A stretch of 64,000 nucleotides of DNA from Isurus oxyrinchus (lineage: Eukaryota). The translations under genes were made by a program, and so were the position numbers. Shown here in pieces: positions 50,761 to 63,556 of this stretch. The stretch spans positions 372,001 through 436,000 of the forward strand of contig JANJGN010000301.1 in the NCBI GenBank assembly GCA_026770705.1, written 5' to 3'. The stretch's first letter is position 1. Every line of letters starts with the position of its first letter. The notes beneath the pieces are model-generated. The model was not told the DNA's origin, did no database searches, and saw only the letters and a program-made list of their open reading frames with translations.

Positions 50761-52053
50761 TAGATTGCAGTGTCAGCCAGGAGAACACACATGCTGTAGC
50801 CGTGACACATCACCTCTCCTGCCATATTTATTGAGCTAATTAAATTTATTTTGATTAATTAATTTGTAGTATATATCTTCACTGAAAACTCCCACTCTCC
50901 AAACTCACGCCTTCAAACACTTTGTACTCAAGCAACAATCAGTGCTGACCACTCAGTGTAGTGCAATATGAAAAGAGGTACACCCCGGTGCAGCAATTAT
51001 AGTAATATCACGATATATAATTGCAGCAATCGACCTTGCGTAGTCTTTTAGGCCCCCTAGAAATATTACTCCTAAGTAGTTAGCTCCGAATTGAAGAAAA
51101 TATTGCCGGCGGCATTCTGATTGTTCCACCGGGTGGCAGCAACCCCTCAGAAACTGTTCATACTGTGGATATTCCCTTTCCATATGTCCGAGTGTCTAAA
51201 ACGCTGAGGGGCAGTTAATCAGGCTGATATAATCATTACGATCGTCTCCAGCTGGCGGACTTCCGCTTCCCCTGCAGGCTAGTATATAAAAACAAATTAT
51301 TAGAGCTATGTCAGAAGAAACGGGAAACCAACTTCACTGGCTCCAGCAAAGCGTTTGGGAGTTTGTTTTCTTCATGAGAATGAGGAGCAGCCAATTCGGC
51401 TCTCATTCCGTTAATGCAACCATCAGAGAGTCAATATTCAACGTGAACGTAATTAGATGGTGTTTAAGTGCATTGCCCTAGGGGTCTGTGTAGTCCTTTG
51501 AGTGTCTCCGGAACATAATTCCAAAACACCAGCTCTCTGAACAAAAGGAAACAATGACGCGGACAATTCTGATTTCTCCCGCAGGATGGCAGCAAACCTT
51601 CAGGAACTGCTCAGATTGGACATGCTGTGTTTTAATATGCCCACATGTCTTTAACATTTAGGAACATTTGATCAAATTAATATAATTATTACGACATTTC
51701 TGCTTGGCGTACTTCTGTTTGCACTGCCGACTGATGTTTAAGAACAATTATTCCTTGCCTGCTCGCCACGAGCTGTCTCTGAAGCAGCGCTAAAATGGTA
51801 GAACTGGTTCCAGGAAATGGTCTGGAGGTTGTTCTGGGGAAATGGGAAATGGTGAGCTACCAATTCAGCCCCCACGTCGTTAATGCAATCATCATAAAGG
51901 GAGTCATCATTCAAAGGGAACGATTTCAGATGCTGTTTATGTGGATTATGTTTGTTCTTTTGAGCGCATAAGAATCGATTCACATGTCAATGTCTGACCT
52001 GCTGTGATAAACAGCCCTTGGCAGACAGCAGCTTTGAACCAGAAAACTGCGGC

Positions 52054-52092
52054 AGTTATTGTACGAGGCTGTCACTCGTTCCCAGCACAGTG
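52054..52092 (-). promoter_or_regulatory. 23-RSS
   Basis: CACTGTG + 23 bp + ACAATAACT. Confidence 0.88.
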
Positions 52093-53092
52093 TGACTCAG
52101 TGCACAGTAATAGACTGCGGTGTCAGACAGCCGCAGCTCCGAGATGGTCAATCGGTACCATTTGAGTGATCGCAGCACTGCATCGGAAAACCTGGTCTGA
52201 GCGAAATCCGCCTTAAATTCAAAATCACCACCAGTGTGTCTCCGGGTGGCAAACTCGGGCTGTCTGCCTGGGAATTGTCGGTACCAGAATAAGTAATAAC
52301 CATCGCCGGTATAGGTGCAGGTTAAAGAGACATCTCCTTCCTCTGTCTGTGTGAGTGAGGATTCCCGTTGAGTAACAGAATCTCCTTCACTCAGATCTGG
52401 AACACACGGTTAAAGAAAGCGAAAATCAGCGATTATAATTGCAGTTGAACTGAAATGACAGCAATAATTCACAAGCAGTGTTATATAGATGTAGATGTAA
52501 TTCAGACGGCGGAAAAGGTTATTCAGCACAACTGGTGTCTGTGGGTATTTACAATCGCCAGGATCACCTTCCATCACTCTTCATTCCCTTTCTCAACATA
52601 TCCTTCTTTTCATTCCCCCATCATCAGTCCAATTATATCAAGGACACTATTCATCCCAAACCCTCTTTGTGAAGGTAAATTCAGCACTTTAACCATTCCA
52701 TGGGAACAAGCCTTCTCCTGAGTTCCCCATTGGATATTTTTTCCCACTCTTGTAATTGTGGTCCGTAGCTTTATAATTCGTGACAAGTGGAAAGATTTCC
52801 ATTTCAACCCTTTCGGACTCCTTCATCCGTTTACAGATCCCTCTCAGATTGTCCCTCAATCTAGGCCTACTGGGGAGCACGACCCCATCCTCTCCAATTA
52901 TTCCTCCCGATCTTCTGTCTCCTTTTAGTAATACTGCAAATGTGGACCAACAGCAGGTCGGTCAGAGGATATCATTAACTCACAGCTTTTCGCATTGATT
53001 CATCCAGAAATTAAGATTATTTTTTATAAACGTTTCATCCACTTACCGACAATGAATGTCCCCCAGACAACAGCGAGAACAGAGAGCCGCAT
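52093..53092 (-). CDS. TCR alpha/delta V segment (family B-related), apparently functional; leader 53092-53047, V exon 52396-52093
   Basis: MRLSVLAVVWGTFIV|DLSEGDSVTQRESSLTQTEEGDVSLTCTYTGDGYYLFWYRQFPGRQPEFATRRHTGGDFEFKADFAQTRFSDAVLRSLKWYRLTISELRLSDTAVYYCALS. Open frame, GT-AG. Not in the ORF track. Confidence 0.92.
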
Positions 53093-53163
53093 TGCTGCTG
53101 CTCCAGAACCCCAGGGGCTTCTCTCAGTCTCGGAGAATTGCAGAATATCTAATCAAAAAGCGC

Positions 53164-53200
53164 TGACGTCACTGGGGATTGGTCCGACGACACTTCCTGC
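53164..53200 (-). promoter_or_regulatory. V promoter: perfect CRE (TGACGTCA) and ETS-like CAGGAAGT
   Basis: Located 70-105 bp upstream of the leader ATG. CRE/ATF sites are well known in TCR V promoters. Confidence 0.65.
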
Positions 53201-55075
53201 GGAACACCAAGTATAGAGAACTGAGAGGGGTGGGCGGATGGCACTTCCATGGGGTAAATTCACAGACTCTAAATATAAAGGCCGTATCCGACTGTTCAGA
53301 GCCAAATAAAATGTACACACAAGGCAATGGAACTCTAACTGATCTGGGGGTACCTTGAACCACATGTAGGCAAGACCGGGCAACGACGACAGAAGATTTT
53401 CTTCCCTAAAGGGCATCAGGTGTTTTTTTTGACGGCAGAGTTATATTGAATGAGAGTAACGTTGAATTCGAATATCCCGATCAGCTGTGGTAGGATTCGA
53501 ATCCGGGTTCTAAAAGCATCACGCTGGTGTTAGTCCAGTGACAAGACCACGAGGCCGCCGCTTCCCCTCCAGTGCCTTCTGATTAACAGGAGAGTTGTCT
53601 AAAGTTCAGATTCTGTTATTTAGATTTCACTCAGTGGTAGGGCTCTTGCATCTGAGGCAGTCGAGCCTGTTTGAACCCAAAATGTAGGGCGATACTGCCG
53701 GTCCCGTTACTGAGAGAGTTTTGGTGCTCCTGGAAGTTCCCTCTTCCATTTGAGATGCGGAAGCAGGAACCCCGTTGGCTCGATCAGGTGCACATAACAG
53801 ATGTCATGGGTGGCATTTGAAGAACAGGGAGTGGGTGGGGGTTTATCCTGAAAACTAGGCAAATATTCAACTGCCAGTGAAAATCTTTGAATTCCTCCCA
53901 GCCCATTCCCGCCAACCCCACACCCTAACAGCACAGTGGGTGTACCTACACCACATAGACTGCACTGGTTGAAGAAGGCAGCTCACCACCACCTTCTCAA
54001 GGCAACTAGGAATGGGCAATGTAGGCTGGCCCAGCCAGCGAAGCCCACATCCCGTGAATGAATGACAAATAAATTGTGAACGTGCCTTCCAGGAGCCTGT
54101 AAAAAACCTCACACCGAGCCACTAGAGGGCTTCCTCACACCAATGACGAGGAGGGGTCTTCAAGCTACACAGCGAGTGTCAAGGAGACCTCTCTGATATA
54201 TCAGAAACAGTGTAGCATTGAGTTGTGAGATGCCGAATGTTTGTCACCCTTGCTCGATCTTAGAGTTCCTTCCCTTGCGTGCAGCCTTCCCTCCTTTATC
54301 CATATTGTGCCCATTGAATGCAGGTGAGAATTAGTTCTGGATTTATATTAGTTTATTTCAACTCGCAATAGAAACCAAACTTGAACGTTACATATGTACC
54401 ACGTCTTTTTTTTTATCTTTTCCTGTCCCTGCTAGCAATATTGACCAGCCATTTCTCTATCTGTTTCTCACCTGACAGTTTTAGGGAAACAAGGCCTGTT
54501 CATAGGGTGTGTTGAATCAGAGTGTTTTATTGGCTCAGAGTCAGTTTCTCCACAGTCAACGATCTTCTAAGTTAGTAACTGTGGTCACTGAAACAATCCC
54601 AAGCGTAGACCTCCATCAGTGTCCATTGTGCTTCAGGACATGTTCCTAATGCTGGAACATTTTTCTTCTGCATTAAACTTCCTTTCCTGTTGATCAGTAG
54701 CGGGCCACGCGTTTCCATTTCCATTCGGTTCTCGAACAGCATAACCATTACTCCGATCAGGACATTGAGTGTTGCCGAGGTCGGGGTGCTCGCATTCACT
54801 GACATGCAGCTCACCATCAACCATTCACACACGGCAGCTGGTTAGTGAGGCTGGGGGTGTGAATGGCTCTCTGCCAATAGGATACTCTTCTGTTTCTCTC
54901 TGCCCAGTGTGAAGCTGCCGATTTATTTTCTCAGCCTCTGTTTGAAAACTGCTGTCTGACGGTTTGACCCGAAGTTCATTTGTTTCCCTCCCAGTGTGAT
55001 TTTGAGCAGGTAAATCTGCGCGAGATTCACCACAGTGCACAACGGTCAGGGAATTACCCTTCGCAGTTCAGTCGT

Positions 55076-55572
55076 AGTTTTTGTGCAGAGGTGTGGCTGC
55101 ATTCAGTCACCGTGAGTCCCTGAAAGCGCAGTAATGCACGGCAGCGTCAGTTCACTGCAGACCCAAAATGGAAAAATGAATGACTTTCTTGGAGGTTTGA
55201 AAATCAGAAAAGAAGCGAGTTTCAGCAAAATCTGCTTTAAATTCATTATCATCACTATCCCTCCTGAGCGTATACTCGGGCTGTGTGTCTGGGTGTTGTC
55301 AGTACCAGAATAGGCTAAAGCTGCTCGCTGTATAATCGTAGCTATAGGTCAGTGTCACCGCTTCTGCTGCTGCCTTAACACGCGAGGGCAGTGGCTGAGT
55401 GACTGAATCTCCATCGCTTAGATCTGAAAACAAAGTAATATCGAACAAGATGGCTGATTAAAATATGACTTGAACGATGACTAGGAAACGGGAGAAAATA
55501 TGGCTTGATGTTAAATCCACAATTACCTGTGAGAAACACTCCCCACACAACCAAGGTACCGCGTAGCTGCAT
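55076..55572 (-). pseudogene. TCR V segment (family B) pseudogene
   Basis: Leader MQLRGTLVVWGVFLT 55572-55527; exon from 55423. First Cys changed to Tyr, FWY*QHPD, a second TGA, AAVHYCAFRD. RSS CACGGTG + 23 + ACAAAAACT (55114-55076). Confidence 0.9.
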
Positions 55573-55614
55573 TGTCGCTGTCCACCCTGTAAAAGGGCAG
55601 TCGGATATTTGAAA

Positions 55615-55860
55615 CGTCCATTCTAAACCCCGCCCTCAATAATATGATGCCGTGCCTCAGGTGGAAACATCCATTCTAATTCCCGCTCTTAATAATCTGA
55701 TGACGTGTCTCAGATGGGAACACCTATTATAAACCCCGCCCTCAATAATCTCATGACGTGTCTCAGGTGAAGACACCTATTCTAAAGCCCACGTTGCAGC
55801 TATCCGTCCTGCAAAATTTGAGGGCACCGGTTCTGAAGCCCATTCTCAATAATCTACTAT
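55615..55860. repeat. About 53-bp tandem repeat of the family B promoter module (3-4 copies)
   Basis: Unit cattctaaaccccgccctcaataatctgatgacgtgtctcaggtggaaac contains a GC box and a CRE half-site. Confidence 0.8.
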
Positions 55861-57159
55861 CGTGACTCACGGTGGTCCCGCCTCACTTCCTTGTGTCGCC
55901 AGTGAGACCACTCAATGGGGAGCTGGCTGCCAGTGAATGGAGATGCACCGAAAGTCCAGCTTACAGAGAGTCTGGTTCCGAATATACAGTTAGTGGTGCG
56001 AATCAAACATTTGCTTGGTTCTTGTAAGTACGGACAAGTATCTGTTATTTTGCAAAAGAAAATCACATCGATTGCTTCGAATATCCCTGTGAACTACCTT
56101 CCACCCTGCGGGTGTGTCCTTGTGCCATGAACCCAGCACTTCTACAAAGATTAACCGGATACCCTACAATGAAACACCTCTTGTCACAACAAAACATTGA
56201 ACAAAACTTATTTCACTTCCAGATTTTCCAGTTCAGATAACATTTCACAAATCAGAAACGTTAGCTCTGATTCTCTGTCCACTCAGAGGCATCTTACGAG
56301 GATAAACTTTATTTTTCCAAAATTTTATGTTCTTTTATTTCACATTTGCGACATTTGTAGTTCTCAGCTTTTCGTGTGCGTTTTGAACCGAACCCCTGGA
56401 ATGTTGAACTGGTCTCTGAGCTGTGGAGATTATATTTCAGCGATTCTAACGCCTACCGTTTATGGGGCACTGCACGTGGAAATTCACGATACCCAGAGGC
56501 TGGAAGAAATTGGATCTTCTAGACATTTGCTTTAATTCATTCAAAGGATGTGGGCGTCGCTGGTTCGGCCAGCATTTATTACCCTGCTCTAATTGCCTTT
56601 GTTCAACAGCATTTAAGAGTCAACCATATTGCTGTGGGCCTGGAGTCACATGTAGGCCAGACCAGGTAAGGACGGCAGATTTACGTCCCCAAAGGACATT
56701 AGTGAACCAGATGGGCTTATTAACGACCATCAGCAATGGTTCTGTGGTCATCATTAGACTTTTATTTACAGATTATTTAAAGAACTCAAAATTGCACAGG
56801 GACCCCAGTTTTGAAGAGCCACCGTGTTTTCCGGGATAACTCTCTGACTTTTGAAATATTCTACCTTTGTCTGTCAGGGAGAAATGGCGAAGTTTCAAGT
56901 TCTGAACATCTTTCAGAATGAATTACCCTGGATATCACCGCACTGTGGTTACTCGCCAACTCCATCAACTCTCTTTTGACAGGTCCAATATGGCTTGGAA
57001 GCTCTGAGATGTTCACTGAGTATTGGAGCTAGATGATGGGGTACATGTTTTCACTTGTCCCAGTCATGGCGTCTGCTGTTTCACACGAAACTGTTCTCTT
57101 AATATTGATGCGGCCCTTCAGTTCGACATCACTGTTTGCTACTGTGCTGGACACTTTCA

Positions 57160-57620
57160 GATTCACACACACACACAAATATACACACAGGCACACACAT
57201 ACACACGCACACACACAAAAATTCAGACACACACACACATACAGGTACATACAGACACACACCTTCAGCAACCTACCCTGTGCTGGGCACTACCATAATC
57301 TCTCTGTCTCATACACACACACACAAACACATACGCACATCTTTAGCAATCTACCTTCTGTTGAACACTTTCATAACCACACACACCTTCAGCAAACTAC
57401 TGTCTGCTGGGCATCCCTGGAATCTCTCTCTCTCTCTCTCACTCACACACACACACAGATATACAACTTTAGAATCATACTGTCTTCTGGACACTGCCGG
57501 AAGCTCATGCACACACGCCTTCAGCAATCTACCCTCTGCTGGACACTGCCGGAATCACACACATATGGACACACCTTTAGCAATCCACCCTCTGCTGGAC
57601 ACTATCATAGTCACACAGCA
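57160..57620. repeat. (CA)n-rich minisatellite with repeated cttcagcaatctaccctctgctggacact core
   Basis: Core recurs about 6 times between CA runs; another copy lies at about 58750. Confidence 0.75.
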
Positions 57621-60032
57621 CTTCCTGGAAGTTCCCTTCCAAGCCACACACCATCCTGACCTGGAAATATATCGGCCGATCCTGAATTGTTGCTCGGTCA
57701 AATTCCAGGAATGCCCTCGCTAACTGCACTGTGGGTGTGCCTACACCATAGGGACAGCAGCGGTTGAAGGAGACAGCTCACCACCACCTTCTCAAGAGTA
57801 ATAAGGGCTGCGAAATAAATGCTGGCCCAGCCAGCAACGATTACATCCCATGAATGAATCGTATCTTATTACCCAACGGTTAAGTTTGTATCATTGCAGT
57901 GAATGAATTCGGATAAAAACAATCTATTTCTGTCAACTTGTTTATGTTTTGTGTGAAATCATTTCAAATAAAGAATGAAACACAGCTTGATATTCGCAGG
58001 AGAAAGTATGTGGTTTCTATTTGTCTTTCACTCCTTCATCGATCTCCTCTAACAATGCACTGAAAGGCTTTAGAATAATATCGACAAGATGAATTGCAGG
58101 AACTCACCAATTCTCCCTCGATACACCTTCCAAACCCGCGGCCACGACCATCTAGAAGGACAAGGGCAGCAGGTGAATGGGACCACCATCACCTGGAAGT
58201 TCCCCTCCCAAGTCACTCACCATCCTGACTTGGAAATATATCACCTCTACTTCTTTGTCGCTAGGTCAAAATCCTGGATCTCCCTTCCTAACAGCGCTGT
58301 GGGTGTGCACTGCTGTAATTAAAACATCAAATCGATGAATGAGTCTCCAGTAGCGATATGAGGGAAGTTGCGCTCTCGCAATTTCTGAAACTTAACGTTA
58401 AAATAAGCGCAACATATTATGGGGCCACCTAATGTGGCTATTTCAATGTATACGCGTGTTTGCGCTTGTGTGTTTATCTGTCTGTACCTGTGCGGTGTTC
58501 CAATGTTCTCCAGTGAAAGGCGCTCACTGATCACTTGACAGCGATCATGTTCCCCAGCTACAGGAAGAGTTCTCCGATTCATTCATAGAATGTGGTCGTC
58601 GCTGGCTGGTTAACACATCAGTTTCCATTGTCACCCAGACTCACTAGACCGTTACATAACAAGGGAGCTGGTGCTAATTTCCAGAGGTACACAGTTAAAG
58701 AGCAGAAATAATATCTCAAGCTACAATTTATCCCTAGTGTTCCCACACACCTTTACCAATTTACCCTCTGCTGAACACTGTCAAAAGCACACATTCACAC
58801 ACACACACAGGCATACCTTTACCGCCTTTACCACTACTGTCCTATTATTTTTGATGTACCCGGAGGAAATCGCAGTTGCTGGGTAATCCCAGATCTTTTG
58901 GGTTCCTACGAATGTGTCCACCCGCAGCATCTACACCATTAACCTTTCAGATCTTTGTAAGAAGTCACTATAAGGCAATGCTACGATGCACATTTGTTGC
59001 AGGGCAAAGGGTTACTCGAGGTGTTGAGGATGAACGTAATTAACTCGATGATTGAGAAGAATGAGAATTGTTGTACAAGATCGGTAGCCATTTCCCACCA
59101 TGTGCAGTCATGCACCCCGGTGTCTGAAGCCGCCATTTCCCACCCACAAATAAAGTTATAATCTTTTGCCTGCTAAACATGCAAAACATGCGTTAATATC
59201 CAACCTAGTTTTCTGAAGTCAGAACAGCCCTGTGGAAATATAAGGATGAAAGCCCCATATTTCAAGATATTGGTTCCCAAAATCCAGCCGGATCGTTTGC
59301 CTGGAAAACCATCCGGATCGGTGATAGATTGGCATTTTGATGTTTTAAATTGTCAGCGACTGGCAAACGCGGAGCCTCTTATATTGTTCTTATTACCGTT
59401 TGTCGCCTGTGCCGTTATCAGAGAGCTGTGTGTTTATTAACACTCTCCCTGGGTATCCCAATAAGTGACTCCTGCCCCTGATCTGTGATCACTCTTTAAT
59501 ATCAGAGCAAAAGTATCAACAAACTTCCGAAGTTCAGTTATTTTCTGTTGAAATCGAAATCAGATACTCTTCACTTTCCTTTTTGGTAACAATGGTCGTG
59601 ATATACGGTGTTTAAATAATTGTGCATTTCATATGTAACATCCAGTCCCAGACTTGGACAAATTGTGCATTTTGTTACAGGAATGAGTGGCGAATAATTT
59701 CCTCCGGTCTGTCTCAGTTAACGGTCTGGAAGCGCACTCCATAATATTAGGCTTTAGTTACTGTTTATCCGAGTGCTTTCTCTTCCTCTGTTCATATATA
59801 AATATTCCGGTTGAACTTGGAGACATGTACTGAGGAGCTAGGGCTCTGTACATGAAGATCAGGGGCAAGGTTTCCCAGATCGGTCCCCTGTCGATCTGGA
59901 CAAGGACAAAAACAGCAATAAAACTGTTTGTTAAACAAACTTGCCAATCTTTGTTCTCCGTTGGCATGGGATCAAGATCCCCGCAGATACAAGAGTCAAA
60001 GAGAACTTAATGGAGCTGTGTACACTCACTGA

Positions 60033-60587
60033 GGTTTTTGTGCAGGGCCCTGGATTTTATCTGACACTGTGCCTCACTGCACGGTAATAGGCCGTCCCGT
60101 ACTCCACACCCAGGCCGCTTATACTGAGGTAGCCGGGCTGTTTAGACTGGTCAGCAGCTGCCAGATTTCATCCTGGGAATTTTAATCACTTCAGTGCTGC
60201 TGCTCTGCTAATGATCCAGCTTGGAGTCTTCTCTGCCGATACTATTACATGATGTAGATATCCTGGGTTTTATATTCTCAATCTAACTTCAGCAAACCCC
60301 CTTCTGACATGGTTATTGTCAGCAGAGACTATGTTACTGGATCTGCACATAGTCCGCTTGTGAAATTCGAGGAACGAAATGCCGGAAGTTAAACAGGATC
60401 CATCTAAACCTGTGTCTATCTGTATGAATTTGTATAACTTGCCACCTACGAAGCTGTCCATAATATAGGATCGCTAACAGCGTTAAGTTCCTGTACAAGC
60501 TGCAATTGCATCAATCTGCGAACTTGCCTTGATGAATATAATCCAGTACGGACAGTCCAAGACAGCTGCCAGTATTATCAGAACCAT
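60033..60587 (-). pseudogene. Degraded TCR V segment with perfect consensus 23-RSS
   Basis: 3' end GYLSISGLGVEYGTAYYRAVR, then CACAGTG (60071-60065) + 23 + ACAAAAACC (60041-60033). Putative leader MVLIILAAVLDC from 60587. Confidence 0.78.
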
Positions 60588-60711
60588 GTCTGATTGAATT
60601 TCTCTCAGTGAATGTGAATGAAATGAGCCAGAGGTTGAGAAGGAGAGAGCGAACCTGGGCTTTGTTCAGCTTATTGTTCCACCCACACACTGCAGGGGGC
60701 CAGGCACATTG

Positions 60712-60762
60712 TGACGTCACTCCGGCTGCCATCCTTATTGGCTTTGGCGTTGGTCTCACGTG
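60712..60762 (-). promoter_or_regulatory. V promoter motifs: CRE TGACGTCA, CCAAT, E-box CACGTG
   Basis: Clustered 125-175 bp upstream of the putative leader at 60587. Confidence 0.6.
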
Positions 60763-61979
60763 ACTTGGTGATGGCCTTGGCGTCTTCTGCTGATGAATTC
60801 TGTTCAGTCCCGTTTAGAATGGAGTCAATGACAGGATTTAAGGCTTATTCATTTACATATTAAAGGACGAATGTCAGACAATCTCTAACAGAAATCTAAT
60901 TTGGGCCTGATCAGGTGCTGTCAGTATTGCTTTTGATGTCAATGCCAGAAATTGATACCAAATGTGGGGAAATGGTGGAGTGTTGGCAAAATCACGGAAC
61001 GAGTAATCCAGAATCCATGACAATGCTTTGGCGGACACGGATTCAAATTCCACCCTGGCAGCTGGTGGAACTAAATTAAATTGGTAAATTTAGAATATAA
61101 AACTAATCCCGGTAATTGTGACAATGAAGCTAACATTGATTGTCATAAAGACCCACCTGGTTCACTAATAACCTTAAGGAAGGATATTTAGCATCCTTGC
61201 CTTGCCTGGCCTATATGTGACTGCAGACCCACAGCAACGTGAGTCTTAGCTGTCCTCGGGATGGGCAACAAATCCTGGCATGTCAGAGACGCTCACATCA
61301 CAATGTCCAATCCTGGGCACCACGAATTTAAAAAAAAGGCTTTGGGGAATGTTCGAAGGTGGTACATCGGAGTGGTACCAGAGTGGATGAGGGACTTTTA
61401 TGTAAATGGAACAAAGACACCAGGATTGTCCTTCGTAAATCTTTTTCTTCAGGTCTCCAGCTGAAAGCAGATCCGACCACATGACATCCACCACATCCAA
61501 GGAGCCAGCTCCCCATCATCCGTCCAGCCAACTGAGCCCCCCAAGGATTCCAAGGTGATGAGGCAACGTTCACTTTGGAGCTATGAACAGTGGTGGTACA
61601 GGCTCCAACGTCATTCCATCACGTGGTTGAAGAGGAATTATTCCCTTCCCACTCTATTTATCCTCAGGCAGATTAACCGTGAGCAGGCAGAGGATGCTCG
61701 GAGACTTCTGATGATTCAACCATCCATATTTCCGCTCCAACAGTTCCGCATGCAGCTGCCAGTCACGGCACACTACACTCAGTATTCAGTCTGCGGTATC
61801 CTCGCCCACAGCTTCCGTTTGCTGCTGTTACTCTGACACAATTGTGTTATTGGAGAGATTGTTGCCGCTGGTCCATTCTTGTCATTGGTTGGATCAGCAG
61901 TGCAGTGGGACCGGAATCTGTGTTTCTGCTCCGACAGAGGATTTCTCGCACTGCAGAGTTACAGACGCAGGAAATAAAA

Positions 61980-63400
61980 GAATATAAGACTATAAGACAT
62001 AAGAGCAGAAATTATGCCATTCGGCCAATCGAGTCTGCTCCGCCATTCAATCATGGCTGATAAGTTTCTCAACCCCATTCTTCCGCCTTCTCCCTGTAAC
62101 CTTTGATCCACTTACCAATCAAGAACCTATCTATCTCAGTCTTAAATAGACCCAATGACCTGGCCTCCACAGCCTTCTGTGGCAATGAATTCCATAGATT
62201 CACCACTCTCTGGATGAAGAAATTTCTCCTCATCTCTGTTCTAAAAGGTCTTCCCTTTACTCTGGGGCTCTTGAGGCTGTGCCCTCGGGTCCTAGTCTCT
62301 CCTACTCATTGAAACATCTTCTCCACGTCCACTCTATCCAGGACTTTTATTATTATTTAAGTTTCAATCAGATCCCCCCCCCCCATCCTTCAAACCTCCA
62401 TCGAGTATAGACCCAGAATCCTCAACAGTTCCTCATATGTAAAGCCTTTCATTCCTAGGATCATTCTATTGAACCTCCTCTGGACCCTCTCCAGGACCAG
62501 CACATCCTTGCTCACATTATTCTAAACGCGGTCTGACCAGAGCCTTATAAAGCCTCAGCAGCACATCACTGACTTTTATATCCTAGCCCTCTCGAAATAA
62601 ATGCCAACGTTTTATTTGCCTTCCTAACTACCGACTCAACCTGCACGTTAACCTTAAGAGATCCTGGACTAGGACTCCCAAGTCGCTTTGCACTCCAGAT
62701 TTGTGAATTCTCTCACCATTTAGCAAATAGTCTATGCCTCTATTCTTCCTACCAAAGTGCATGACCTCACACTTCCCCACGTTGTATTCCATCTGTCACT
62801 TCTTTGCCCATTCTCCTAATCTGTCTGAATCCTTCTGCAGCCTCCCCGCCTCCTCAATACTACCTGTCCCTCCAGCTATCGTTGTACCATCTGCAAACTT
62901 AGCCAGAATGCCCAGTTCCTTCATCTAGATCATTAAAGTATAAAGTGAAAAGTTGTGGTCCCAACACTGACGCCTGCAGAACTCCACTAGTCACCGGCTG
63001 CCATCCTGAGAAGGACCCCCTAATCCCTGCTCTCTGCCTCCTGCCAGATAACAATCTTCTATCCATGCTTGCACCTTGCCTCTAAGACCATGGCTCTTAC
63101 CTTACTGAGTAGCCTCCTGTGCGGCACCTTGTCAAAGGCCTTCTGAAAATCAAAGTAGATAACATCGGCTCTCCTTTATCTAACCTGCTCGTTATCTCCT
63201 CAAAGAATTCTAACAGATTTGTCAGGCATGACCTCCCCTTAATGAAACCATGCTGACTTTGCCCTAGTTTTCCATGCACTTGCAAGTGTTCTGAAATCTC
63301 ATCCTTAATAATAGACTCTAAAAGCTTACCAACGACCGAGGTCAGGCTAATCGGCCTGTAATTTCCCGTCTTTTGCTTCACTCCCTTCTTAACCAGAGTT
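61980..63400 (-). mobile_element. 5'-truncated CR1 LINE
   Basis: NYRPISLTSVVGKLLE...; tail tataagactataagacataag. Very similar to 24070-26010. Confidence 0.92.
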
Positions 63401-63556
63401 TCAACTCTTGGGAGCCAGCTCACCAGCTGACGTCCTCACATCACCACTGGGGACAGACGGAAGTGAGGTGAGAACATCCTGATACAAGACAGAAGATTAT
63501 TGAGGGTTTGGAACGGGTGTCTTCAGATATCCAACTCCCCTTTTACAGAGCGCACA

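Noticed and set aside
55031-55037. Isolated CACAGTG heptamer
   Set aside because: No nonamer at 12 or 23 bp.
57023-57723. His/Thr-rich ORFs of about 200 aa
   Set aside because: Products of (CA)n-rich simple repeats.
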